Position numbers and translations under genes: made by a program. Positions 39,626 through 48,487 of a DNA stretch of 64,000 nt are shown here, piece after piece. The notes under the pieces were generated by a model that was given only the letters and a program-made list of their open reading frames with translations, did not search any database and was not told the origin of the DNA. The number at the start of each line of letters is the position of its first letter. Within the stretch, counting starts at the first letter, position 1. The stretch comes from Candidatus Syntropharchaeum butanivorans (GTDB lineage Archaea > Halobacteriota > Syntropharchaeia > Syntropharchaeales > Syntropharchaeaceae): assembly GCA_001766825.1 (NCBI GenBank), contig LYOR01000001.1, positions 159,746-223,745 of the forward strand, in the 5' to 3' direction.

Positions 39626-39949
39626 TCAATCATACTCCCGCCATGTGGCACCACACTCGGTGCACCTGAAAAACCGAACCTCGCTCTCATCAGCAGCTCT
39701 GAGTTGCCTCAGCCACCAGTAAGCGGTCCTGTTCCCGCATTCTGGACATTTAGCGATGGTTGTTGGAAGTCCCGCAGACTCTGAACCCTCGAGAATTGCA
39801 ATATCATCCCCTCTCCTCTCCTCTCTCGATACGAATGTGCCTGAGCCCTCCTCACGCTTCTTTGTGAACCCACACTTCCTGCACCTCATACCATCCGGTG
39901 TCGGGATCATCATGCTCCTGCACTCTGGACAGAACTCCATGATTTTCAC
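39626..39949 (-). CDS. tfs: transcription factor S (TFS / RpoM-like)
   Basis: 107 aa. N-terminal ribbon CPECRSMM...CRKCG. C-terminal ribbon CPECGNRTAYWW..QLRAADESEVRFFRCTECGATW with the acidic DE loop. Confidence 0.88.
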   Translation of the reverse strand: MKIMEFCPECRSMMIPTPDGMRCRKCGFTKKREEGSGTFVSREERRGDDIAILEGSESAGLPTTIAKCPECGNRTAYWWLRQLRAADESEVRFFRCTECGATWREYD

Positions 39950-39952
39950 CTC

Positions 39953-40849
39953 CTATTTACCCATAAACTCGAGTATTCTCCTCTCTGCCAATCGCAGGTA
40001 ATCCTCCTCTACATCATACCCCACAAAGTGTCTACCGGTCTTCAGCGCAGCGATAGCACTCTGTCCGCTACCCATGAAAGGATCCAAAACCACCTCACCT
40101 TCAAAGGTGTAAAGCTGAATCAGCCTGTAAGGAAGCTCAACAGGAAAAGGTGCTGGATGTCCAACTTTATGCGCGGATTCTGCCTGAAATGTCCAGATAC
40201 TCTTCGTAAACTCAAGAAATTCCTCTTTTGTTATCGTGTTCTTCCTCTCGTTGATATTCACTCTTTTAAATGTCTCCTTGGAGAAGACCAGGATATACTC
40301 ATGGACATCTCGCAGGGTCGGATTTGTAGCAGAGAGCCATGAGCCCCACGCGGTCGAGGTACCTGCGCTTGATGCCTTGTTCCATATAATCTCTCCTCTC
40401 ATAAGAAAACCCAGATCAAGCATATCTTTAATTATGAAAGCATGTAAGGGGATATATGGCCTCCTCCCCAGGTTTGCTATATTGATGCAGGCCCTGCCTC
40501 CGGGCACAAGCACCCTGTAGACCTCTCTCCAGACGCTTTTCAGAAAATTCAGGTACTCTTCCAGTGTGAGATTCTCATCGTACTCTTTTCCAGCATTATA
40601 AGGTGGGGAGGTTACCATCAGATGGATGCTACTGTCAGGTAGCTCATCCATCCTTTCAGATGACTTACAAAAGATTTTATCTAAAAACTCTGGTGGCACG
40701 GGGTTTTCAACATAACCTGCCCCCTGCTCCCCGGGTAAACCCTCATACAATCTGCCTGTATAGAACGCGGTGGAGTCATGGTTTACCCTTCCCGAAGACC
40801 CAAATGGGCTTGTTCGTGTGTATTTCTTCCTTACGCCGGTGTTCACCAC
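39953..40849 (-). CDS. DNA methyltransferase, beta-class N4-C/N6-A family (SPPY motif)
   Basis: 298 aa. Motif IV is LMVTSPPYNAGKEY and motif I is VLDPFMGSGQSAIAAL, in the circularly permuted order typical of N6_N4_Mtase. No nuclease gene is adjacent. Confidence 0.8.
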   Translation of the reverse strand: MVNTGVRKKYTRTSPFGSSGRVNHDSTAFYTGRLYEGLPGEQGAGYVENPVPPEFLDKIFCKSSERMDELPDSSIHLMVTSPPYNAGKEYDENLTLEEYLNFLKSVWREVYRVLVPGGRACINIANLGRRPYIPLHAFIIKDMLDLGFLMRGEIIWNKASSAGTSTAWGSWLSATNPTLRDVHEYILVFSKETFKRVNINERKNTITKEEFLEFTKSIWTFQAESAHKVGHPAPFPVELPYRLIQLYTFEGEVVLDPFMGSGQSAIAALKTGRHFVGYDVEEDYLRLAERRILEFMGK

Positions 40850-40850
40850 C

Positions 40851-41615
40851 CTATATCAACCCCAGCCTTTCCATGATCTCTCCAACCGCAAGAACCGCAG
40901 GGGAATCATCCGGGAGGTCTATAAGGGGCTTCCCAACCCTATCAAACGCCTTGACGTTTGGGTCCTCTGGTACAACACCTATGAGCTCAACCCCAATCTC
41001 CCTTATTCTCTCCTCAAAGAAGGCCTTTTCACCCTGATCAGCCTTATTCAGTATGAGGTATATCTTACCGAAGGATATCTCAAGCTTCTCTGCGATCTCC
41101 CTTATCACCCCTGCGGTTTTTATTCCCCGCATCGTCGGGTCGGATATGACGATCAACGTATCCACATCACGCATCGTTCTGCGGCTCAGATGCTCAAGCC
41201 CTGCCTCACAGTCGATTACAACCTTTGAAAACCGCCTTGAAAAGCGATCTATCGCGTGGCGGAGTATATCGTTGATGAGACAGTAACATCCAGGCCCCTC
41301 GCTCCTCCCCATCACAAGGAGCGAGAAGTCAGGGGTGTTGACCAGAAGGTCACCGATCCTTCTCTCAAGCATCAGATCTGTCGGCATCGACTCATCGAAT
41401 GGTATGGCACTTGGACGTGCAACCTCCTCCCTCAGATCACCTATCGTCTGCCTCACCTCAACCCCAAGTGCTGCAGGAAGACTTGAGGCCGGGTCTGCAT
41501 CTATTGCAAGTGGTGTATCCTGCTCTGAGAGAAATCTGATGAAGAGGGTGGAGACCAAGGTCTTACCTGTCCCACCCTTTCCGGTTACAGCAATTATTCT
41601 CCCCTTCTCAGGCAT
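40851..41615 (-). CDS. cooC: CooC-type nickel-insertion ATPase (MinD/ParA superfamily)
   Basis: 254 aa. Contains IAVTGKGGTGKT, IDADPASSL and the metal-binding GPGCYC motif. Confidence 0.7.
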   Translation of the reverse strand: MPEKGRIIAVTGKGGTGKTLVSTLFIRFLSEQDTPLAIDADPASSLPAALGVEVRQTIGDLREEVARPSAIPFDESMPTDLMLERRIGDLLVNTPDFSLLVMGRSEGPGCYCLINDILRHAIDRFSRRFSKVVIDCEAGLEHLSRRTMRDVDTLIVISDPTMRGIKTAGVIREIAEKLEISFGKIYLILNKADQGEKAFFEERIREIGVELIGVVPEDPNVKAFDRVGKPLIDLPDDSPAVLAVGEIMERLGLI

Positions 41616-41624
41616 GGTAAGACC

Positions 41625-43814
41625 TTAACGGGGTAGATAATCGCTTGCCTTTGGAGGCTCTGGCTTCAAACCTTTCCGCTGACGTATTGCCCTGATAATC
41701 TCTGGAACGAGGTTCTGGGGTACCCGCTCAAACCCTGCAAACTCGGTACTCCACAGTGCCCTCCCTTCTGTGGCACTCCTTATATCTCCTGCAAATCCAA
41801 ATAGCTCTGCAACAGGTGCCTTTGCCTTTATCATCGTGAGATCCCCTTCACTTGATATGTCCAGGATCTGCCCCCGCCTTCCCTGGATCACACGCGTTGC
41901 AGACCCCATCATCGCCTGAGGCGTGTTGATGAAGACCTCCTGCATCGGCTCGATGAGCGTCGGGTTTGCAGAGAGAATTGCAGCATAAAGCGCCTGTCTC
42001 ACAGCTGGAATTACCTGTGCAGGACCGCGGTGGACTGAGTCCTCATGAAGCTTCACATCAACAAGCTTCGCATGAATCCCCTCACACCGCTCCTCTGCCA
42101 GTGGACCCCGGGTCATCGCCTCCTCGAACCCCTCCAGAATGAGTTCCATCGTCTCACCCAGATACTGAACCCCTTTTGTCAGGTCAGTGAAGAGGTTTCC
42201 ACCAGAGATGCCCACGACATTTCTCGCATCCTCCTTATCAAGCCCTGCAGCCATCAGCTTCTCCCTGCGCTCAAGCTCAGGCATTCTCATCGAGATCTCA
42301 TCCGACTTCAGGAGGTCGATGACCTCCTGGGGGAGAGGCTCGACCGTGATGTAGAACCTGTTGTGCCTGTTCGGGGACTTACCCTCAACAGGGCCGGCCT
42401 TGGTGGTAACGGTCTCCCGGTATACGACGATGGGTGGGGAGGTTGTGATCGGTATGTTCTTGTCATGCTCTATCCGGTAGGTTATGATCTCCAGGTGAAG
42501 CTCCCCCATTCCGGAGATGAGGTGCTCACCCGTCTCCTCATTTATCTCAACCCTTACGGTCGGGTCCTCCTTTGAGATCTGTCTCAACACCTCGATGAGC
42601 TTTGGCAGATCCTTCATCTGCTTTGCCTCGACCGCAATCGTCATAACAGGCTCACTTATGTGCTTTATACTCTCGAAAGGCTCCATCTCCACGGATGAGA
42701 CCGTTGATCCGACGATTGCATCCTTCAGTCCTGTGACAGCAGCGATGTTCCCTGCAGGGATCCGCTCAACCTCGACACGCTCGGCGCCCATGAAGATTCC
42801 AACCTGCTGTATCCGGTTTGGTTTGGGCATACCCGAGATCTTGAGCTCCATACCCCGCTCAAGCGTCCCAGAAAAGAGTCTTCCCGTTGCAACTTCGCCT
42901 GCATGGGGATCGATGGAGATATCTGTCACCATAAACGCAACCGGTCCATCTGGATCCACGTTGAGCATCGCCCTCCCAACCTCACTCTCCAGATCACCGT
43001 GCCATATCACACCGATACGATCCTTCTGTGCCACAAGCGGGTCTGGAAGGTGCTTTACCACCATATCAAGAACAGTTATGTATAACGGAGACTTCTCAGC
43101 AAGCTCCTTCATATTTCCACTCTTGCAGTACTCATAAACCTCGTTGAACCCGATCCCAGTCCGCTTCATCGATGGCACGCTTATTGCCCAGTTATAGAGG
43201 GCAGATCCAAACGCCACTGACCCATCTGCTGCATCAACCCTCCAGCCAGCCTTGTACTTCTCCTCATGCATCCCCTTGATCAGCTTGTTCACATTGTCAA
43301 TGACCTTCGCAAGCCTGAGCTGCATCTCTTCTTTCTCGACCTTGAGCTCATTTATCAGCCTGTCCACCTTGTTGATGAAAAGAACAGGTCGAACGTTCTC
43401 TTTCAGTGCCTGCCTGAGGACGGTCTCTGTTTGTGGCATCGTCCCCTCAACCGCGTCAACAACGACAATCGCACCATCAACCGCCCTCAGCGCCCTTGTA
43501 ACATCGCCACCAAAATCGACATGCCCTGGTGTATCGATGAGGTTGATCAGAAACTCTTCACCCTCGACCTCGTGCACCATCGAGACATTTGCCGCGTTGA
43601 TCGTGATCCCCCTCACCTGCTCAAGCTCGTAAAAGTCCATGAAGAGCTGTGTACCGGCAAGCTCCATCGAGATCATGCCTGCGCCTGCAAGGAGGTTATC
43701 GCTCAGGGTCGTCTTTCCATGGTCTATATGAGCTACGATTCCGATGTTTCTGATATTTTTCGGCTTGTTCATCAGGTTTTTAACCCGTTCCACCATCTTT
43801 GCACTTCTTGCCAT
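41625..43814 (-). CDS. fusA: translation elongation factor 2 (aEF-2)
   Basis: 729 aa. Contains [23 protein letters not shown] and NKVDR. The diphthamide-loop region reads [11 protein letters not shown]. Confidence 0.95.
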   Translation of the reverse strand: MARSAKMVERVKNLMNKPKNIRNIGIVAHIDHGKTTLSDNLLAGAGMISMELAGTQLFMDFYELEQVRGITINAANVSMVHEVEGEEFLINLIDTPGHVDFGGDVTRALRAVDGAIVVVDAVEGTMPQTETVLRQALKENVRPVLFINKVDRLINELKVEKEEMQLRLAKVIDNVNKLIKGMHEEKYKAGWRVDAADGSVAFGSALYNWAISVPSMKRTGIGFNEVYEYCKSGNMKELAEKSPLYITVLDMVVKHLPDPLVAQKDRIGVIWHGDLESEVGRAMLNVDPDGPVAFMVTDISIDPHAGEVATGRLFSGTLERGMELKISGMPKPNRIQQVGIFMGAERVEVERIPAGNIAAVTGLKDAIVGSTVSSVEMEPFESIKHISEPVMTIAVEAKQMKDLPKLIEVLRQISKEDPTVRVEINEETGEHLISGMGELHLEIITYRIEHDKNIPITTSPPIVVYRETVTTKAGPVEGKSPNRHNRFYITVEPLPQEVIDLLKSDEISMRMPELERREKLMAAGLDKEDARNVVGISGGNLFTDLTKGVQYLGETMELILEGFEEAMTRGPLAEERCEGIHAKLVDVKLHEDSVHRGPAQVIPAVRQALYAAILSANPTLIEPMQEVFINTPQAMMGSATRVIQGRRGQILDISSEGDLTMIKAKAPVAELFGFAGDIRSATEGRALWSTEFAGFERVPQNLVPEIIRAIRQRKGLKPEPPKASDYLPR

Positions 43815-43991
43815 CTCTGCACCTATCTAAGCTTTGATGAAACTCGCTTCAAATCTCTTATTAAAGGTTTCGGTGGGAGGAGTTCCCCTTCCACAACAGC
43901 GAATAAGGATCACCAGTTTCGTTTTCTGGAGAAGATATTATTTGCTCACCTGAAGCAAAACTATTAAACCCAATTCTCGTCTAATAAATCT

Positions 43992-45284
43992 GTGAAGTGG
44001 CTGAATAGAATTCTTGGCAGGAAAGAGCTACCATCCACAGTTGCCTTCGATGAGATAGATGCATGGCTTGAGAGCGCATCCAAATCGTTATTTTGGGATC
44101 TGAGCAGAAATGCCGATAGGTTATATGAAGAGATGAGGGCTGTATCTGAGAGGCTTGAGGAGAGCATCAATATCCTCCAGAACGCTGAGCCAGATGGGAG
44201 CATGCCGGCTCATATCACAAAAATAGGGTTGCAAAACCGTGATAAGATGGTAAAACACCTTCATTCGCTGGGTGAGAAAATCTCAATCCCGACACAGACC
44301 GATTACAGGACGATTTTATCCTTTTATAAGGTGGCGGCATCCAGCATAGAGCTTGTTCTCGGCAAGTTATCGAAAAATATCTACTATGTCCGATCACTAT
44401 TTCCTGATGAGGTCAAAGAGGTTACTTCAGATCTTAATCAATTGAAAACAATCCTTAACCAGCTTGTCACACCAATTAAGGGGAAAGAAAGCCGGATTAT
44501 GAGTTTAGAACAGGCGATAGAGTTAGTGCGAGATATAAAGGATCTAAAATCGCGGATAGACAAGGAGCGGGAGAAAGTTTGCGAGCAGGAGGGGGCGTAT
44601 TCCGCACTCAAAAGGAGAATCGAGATGGAAGGCGAAAGACTTAGAAGGATTGAAGAAGGGGAGGAATGGAAGAGGTTCAAAGAGCTTGAAGGGGAGCTAT
44701 CATCATTAGAAATGGAATTAAACGCGCTGGAATTGGAGATTAACCAGTTGTTTTCCCCAATTAACAAAGCGCTGAACCTCTTGAAGAAGCGGGATGAGGC
44801 CGGGCGATATGCGCTCACTCCCGATGAGAGAAGAGCGATATCTTCAATCCTATCCTCTCCAGTTCAAGCGTTTGATGATGAAGAGATCAGGGGGTATCTT
44901 CTCACTGTAAAGCACATCATCGAGAGGGATGCATCCTTTCTGAAGGATAGAAGGAGGGATAAGACACTGAGATGGATAGATCATCTGCTAAATACCGGGC
45001 TTTCCTCTATAAGGGGGAGGCGTGAGATTTTACGATCAAGAGTTGAAGAGCTAAAAGGTGAGCTCTCGGATCTGACGATACTTGAGGATAGAAAGAAGAT
45101 CGAAGAATCAATTCTCTCAGGTGAGGGGCAGCTCATTCAATTGCAGGAAGGGATAGACCGATCAAAAAGATACCTCGTTTCACTGGAGGAGGAGATCAGA
45201 GAGAGGAAAGAGCTGCTGTTAGAGGCTTTGGAAGGTGTTGCAGGCAGGAAGATTGATGTTAAATTTTGGTTTTTCAGATGCTAA
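43992..45284 (+). CDS. coiled-coil protein of unknown function
   Basis: 430-aa ORF (GTG start). Long heptad-like Glu/Lys/Leu-rich stretches, with no catalytic motif. Confidence 0.5.
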   Translation: MKWLNRILGRKELPSTVAFDEIDAWLESASKSLFWDLSRNADRLYEEMRAVSERLEESINILQNAEPDGSMPAHITKIGLQNRDKMVKHLHSLGEKISIPTQTDYRTILSFYKVAASSIELVLGKLSKNIYYVRSLFPDEVKEVTSDLNQLKTILNQLVTPIKGKESRIMSLEQAIELVRDIKDLKSRIDKEREKVCEQEGAYSALKRRIEMEGERLRRIEEGEEWKRFKELEGELSSLEMELNALELEINQLFSPINKALNLLKKRDEAGRYALTPDERRAISSILSSPVQAFDDEEIRGYLLTVKHIIERDASFLKDRRRDKTLRWIDHLLNTGLSSIRGRREILRSRVEELKGELSDLTILEDRKKIEESILSGEGQLIQLQEGIDRSKRYLVSLEEEIRERKELLLEALEGVAGRKIDVKFWFFRC

Positions 45285-45290
45285 CCCGAT

Positions 45291-45434
45291 ATGAGAGGGA
45301 TTGCCCGGAGGGATGAAGCTTATGAGAAGCTTCTTGGCTGGATAATACTCAGGCACATCCTGTCTTTTCTTATCGGGTGCTTAGTTGGTTTTATCCTCGG
45401 CATCCTTGTAGCATTCTGTATCTGGAGGCCCTGA
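45291..45434 (+). CDS. possible 47-aa single-helix membrane peptide
   Basis: Own translation: MRGIARRDEAYEKLLGWIILRHILSFLIGCLVGFILGILVAFCIWRP. It starts 6 nt after the preceding stop and is below the track length cut-off. Confidence 0.25.
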   Translation: MRGIARRDEAYEKLLGWIILRHILSFLIGCLVGFILGILVAFCIWRP

Positions 45435-45558
45435 ATCTGCGATTTTTTGAAGCTATGCTATAGTTGTAATATGAACAAAATCTTATCAGCCATCACTGAT
45501 CCATTGAAAATACCCCCTTCTGACCCATAGGTACTCATACCATGCCACCAAGATTGAA

Positions 45559-45762
45559 TTGGTGGTCTTGATGGAAGTACCGAAGGAATATATCTCAACT
45601 TTTAATCGTAGAATAGAGAAACAGCTATACAGTGAGCTGAGAAGAGATTACTCATTCCCGCAAGCAGTATGCAGATCTTTATCTGAGCTCTTTACATCCT
45701 ACCTGGATCTGTATTCAGTTCAGAGAGATGAGGGGCAGATAATCTTCCATGCAGCATTATGA
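45559..45762 (+). pseudogene. orphan N-terminal fragment of an IS-associated archaeal protein (DUF1670-like, from memory)
   Basis: 67-aa ORF ending prematurely. Another frame downstream reads GEAIMRYIKDCQLAKL. It sits among other transposase debris, and the family assignment is tentative. Confidence 0.3.
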
Positions 45763-46043
45763 GTACACAGATATAGAAAGAAAGACTGAACACAGTGGAG
45801 AAGCTATCATGCGCTACATCAAGGATTGTCAGTTAGCAAAGCTAACAACCTCCTCAGCGAAGCTGAGTGAGTTGCTCGACTGATTATACTTAGGAGAACT
45901 TTGATTTACCCCTCCCCTCACCGGTTGAACCTAAACCAGACCATCTCATGAATAATAAGTGCCACTGACGCCAGTCTCCTTCTCAATCCCCTCTATCACA
46001 CCTGTTTTTTCCTTTCTGATCCGGAATCTGACGATAGCTTACG

Positions 46044-46307
46044 CTAAGCCGCCTCCCGGTGCCTGATCGTACGAAGATGATATAGATCAAAGGCAAACGC
46101 GGTGAATATCATCTTTACCGCAACCCTTGCTCTGGTTGTGACCCTGGCATGACCTGCACTGAAGACTGTCTTCATCACGGCAAAAGCCCGCTCGATCCGG
46201 GCTCTCTTCTTATTTATCCGCCTGTTTCTAAGCTCATCCCTGATATCCAGGGGATGCCCGCGGGTTGCCCGTTTCATCGTAGGCTTTTCCAAAAGCCCAC
46301 ACGGCAA
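46044..46307 (-). pseudogene. C-terminal fragment of an IS5/IS1182-type DDE transposase
   Basis: RRINKKRARIERAFAVMKTVF...RVTTRARVAVKMIFTAFAFDLYHL matches the conserved C-terminal R-x-x-(I/V)-E-R-x-F block of IS5-family transposases. The N-terminal two thirds are missing, and a hairpin cluster lies at their expected position. Confidence 0.6.
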
Positions 46308-46310
46308 AAT

Positions 46311-46399
46311 GTCCTGCCTTCGGCAGGACGAGTCCGATCGAAGATCGGACGCAGGGGTAGAGGGGATGCAATCCCCCTTATGAGGCGGATGCGCCTCAT
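46311..46399. repeat. cluster of four consecutive perfect stem-loops, forming the left boundary of the low-GC cassette
   Basis: H1 gtcctgcc-ttc-ggcaggac (46311-46329). H2 gtccgatc-gaa-gatcggac (46332-46350). H3 ggggat-gca-atcccc (46362-46376). H4 atgaggcg-gatg-cgcctcat (46380-46399). Confidence 0.85.
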
Positions 46400-46470
46400 C
46401 CAGGAGGATTTTTGATCTGCCTGTTAATTTGATGGGCTCTGGGAGTGGGTGGGTTTTTCAAAGTTCTCGA

Positions 46471-47604
46471 TTAATACACTGTATGCTCCTCTATAACTTC
46501 TTTATAAAGACTTAGGATTTTACTCATGAAAACATCAACGCTAAATAAGTTTTCAACTCGCTTTCTCACTTCCTGCCTCCATGTATCAGGATAAGAGAGA
46601 CTCTCTATAGCCTTTTTGAGAGATGTTGATGATCCGGCCCGAAATACAGCACCATATTCCCCGATGGCTTCTACGGATCCACTATTGCTGCTCACAATAC
46701 ATGGTGTCCCACATGCCATCGATTCAAGAACGGTATAAGGAAACGGATCATAGCGAGAAGGCAATATCGTTGCGATCGCATTGGAATAATAGCGCTTTAG
46801 ATCTTCGTCAGATATATTTGACTTGATCATAATGTTATTTTGCTTTTTACTGAGATCACAGAGTGCTCTGGAATATTTGCTGAGCTTCCCATATTTATAA
46901 ATAGAACTTATAACCACGAACTTCTTATCTTGTAACTTCTTCATCACATCAAACAACTCATAAAACCCCTTTCTCTTATCCAATCGTCCAACGTAGAGAA
47001 AATAATCTCCAGTTGGGTCATCTGTCGTTGGCTTGTATAACTCTGTGTCAATACCGTTGTGGATCACTCTAATCTTATCAGCAGGCACGTTATACTCTGA
47101 TTGCAACTCTCTTTTGATCAGATCTGAAACAGCCACTATCTTCGCCAACTTATCGATCTTTTTTGTCAGCACATTTTTCTCTGAGTTAAGTGCATGATAT
47201 TCGGTCCTCATCTTTTCTAAATTTGTTACATACTTACATTCTGTAGCCGCAACCCCATGGAACGTGATCACAGTCGGCTTCTCTGAAACACTCAGGTAGT
47301 CCACTATATGAACAGTGTTAGAATGGATTAGGTCATAAAGAATCTCAAGCAGTTTTACTTTATCCCTGATATGCTTTCTTGTACGGTAATATCTGATCAC
47401 AGGTAGTATCGTTTCATTCAATCCTCTGATGTGTGGCATATTGAGAAGAAAAGAGAAGAAAGTATTTTTGCCCACTCTCATCGCAGGTCCTTTATGCAAG
47501 ACATCTACGTCCAGATTTTCTTGATTCAGAAAATACTCGGCGTATCTTGTTGACCCAGAGGCTCTTTTAGCAACACTATCCTCGTGAATAAGTAGAATTC
47601 TCAT
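46471..47604 (-). CDS. GT4-family glycosyltransferase (glycosyl transferase group 1)
   Basis: MRILLIHEDS... with the C-terminal ILPSRYDPFPYTVLESMACGTPCIVS (the E-x7-E region of GT4). It is AT-rich relative to its neighbours. The track ORF extends to 47628. Confidence 0.8.
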   Translation of the reverse strand: MRILLIHEDSVAKRASGSTRYAEYFLNQENLDVDVLHKGPAMRVGKNTFFSFLLNMPHIRGLNETILPVIRYYRTRKHIRDKVKLLEILYDLIHSNTVHIVDYLSVSEKPTVITFHGVAATECKYVTNLEKMRTEYHALNSEKNVLTKKIDKLAKIVAVSDLIKRELQSEYNVPADKIRVIHNGIDTELYKPTTDDPTGDYFLYVGRLDKRKGFYELFDVMKKLQDKKFVVISSIYKYGKLSKYSRALCDLSKKQNNIMIKSNISDEDLKRYYSNAIATILPSRYDPFPYTVLESMACGTPCIVSSNSGSVEAIGEYGAVFRAGSSTSLKKAIESLSYPDTWRQEVRKRVENLFSVDVFMSKILSLYKEVIEEHTVY

Positions 47605-47605
47605 C

Positions 47606-47926
47606 TTAGCACCCCTTACATTCCACATTCCAATTCCTACACTCTAAAACACACTTTATATTTCTTTTCTGAAAATGGCCATCAAGATTTTTCAACAGGA
47701 CTTTGTTTTTCATACCAAAAAAATTATCTTCAAAATAGACAAAGTCTTCTCCTTCTTTTCCATAGAACCAGAAATCAAGTCTGCTAAGTCCTTCTCTGGA
47801 AAAATCGATATCCTTCTTTACCTCTATCGTTATGTCAGGGTCTGAGACTTCCCCCGGCTTGAAACCTGGAAATGGGAAGTTTGAGTTCACTTTCACTGCA
47901 TCGTGTATGTTCATACAATAGTTCAT
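47606..47926 (-). CDS. 106-aa hypothetical protein coupled to the glycosyltransferase
   Basis: Its stop lies 1 nt before the GT start. The N-terminus (VKVNSNFPFPGFKPGEVSDPDITIEV) vaguely resembles the N-terminus of HPr-kinase-like proteins from polysaccharide loci. It may be truncated. Confidence 0.4.
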   Translation of the reverse strand: MNYCMNIHDAVKVNSNFPFPGFKPGEVSDPDITIEVKKDIDFSREGLSRLDFWFYGKEGEDFVYFEDNFFGMKNKVLLKNLDGHFQKRNIKCVLECRNWNVECKGC

Positions 47927-48096
47927 CTTGCTAACCCCTATTTCTCCATCTTTTCTCCTCGCCTATTTCATTTAAAGTGCACCTTGATAAGTTTTTCACA
48001 TGCTTCAAATACCTCCCTTGCGGCTGAAATAGTATCTTTGGTATCCTCTTTATCGAAGAACTCATTTCAAAACCCTCAGCACCATCCTTATACATA

Positions 48097-48144
48097 ATGA
48101 GGCGCATCCGCCTCATACACCCAATGTCCTACCTGCGGTAGGGC
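48097..48144. repeat. right boundary repeat: an inverted copy of H4 plus a variant of H1
   Basis: 48097-48117 is the exact reverse complement of 46379-46399 (21 nt). Next comes aatgtcctacc-tgc-ggtagggc (48123-48144), which parallels aatgtcctgcc-ttc-ggcaggac at 46308-46329 and carries a compensatory G-C to A-T change in the stem. Confidence 0.85.
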
Positions 48145-48190
48145 TACGCTTTCGAGCAAGTCTTCCGGCTTTTGGCATGAGATTTTGGCA

Positions 48191-48211
48191 ACGCCTTTTA
48201 TAAAAAGGCGT
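48191..48211. promoter_or_regulatory. 9-bp perfect inverted repeat centred on TTTTATAAAA (TATA-like or operator-like)
   Basis: acgcctttt-ata-aaaaggcgt. It lies about 280 nt upstream of the COG1900 gene start. Confidence 0.3.
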
Positions 48212-48487
48212 AAGCTCTCGAAATCAATCCCTATACCTGTTGTAACAGTCAAAGGGCTTCTCTATCTTACCATTCGTCTAGGGGATGCTTTATCCTGGAT
48301 GTTATCAACTTTATACCCAGGGATTCAGGATAACTCTCAAACCTGCCCTCCCTGTTCCTTCTTTCACCTTTCATGTAAGCCCCCAATTCGCTTCCACTAT
48401 TTAAAGTCGAATTTTTCGGGACTATACAGCCATCTTTCCATCGCAAAAGATATAAGGAGGAAGAGGCATACAGAGGGAGAGGTATCG

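Noticed and set aside
45831-45866. Two tandem 6-bp triloop hairpins as an independent functional RNA
   Set aside because: Six-bp perfect hairpins are expected many times by chance in 64 kb. They are kept only as context inside the IS-debris finding.
48185-48487. N-terminal 101-codon extension of the COG1900 ORF given in the track
   Set aside because: Family similarity starts exactly at the Met at 48488, which is preceded by GGAGAGG. The extension covers the palindrome and repeat region and has a non-protein-like composition.
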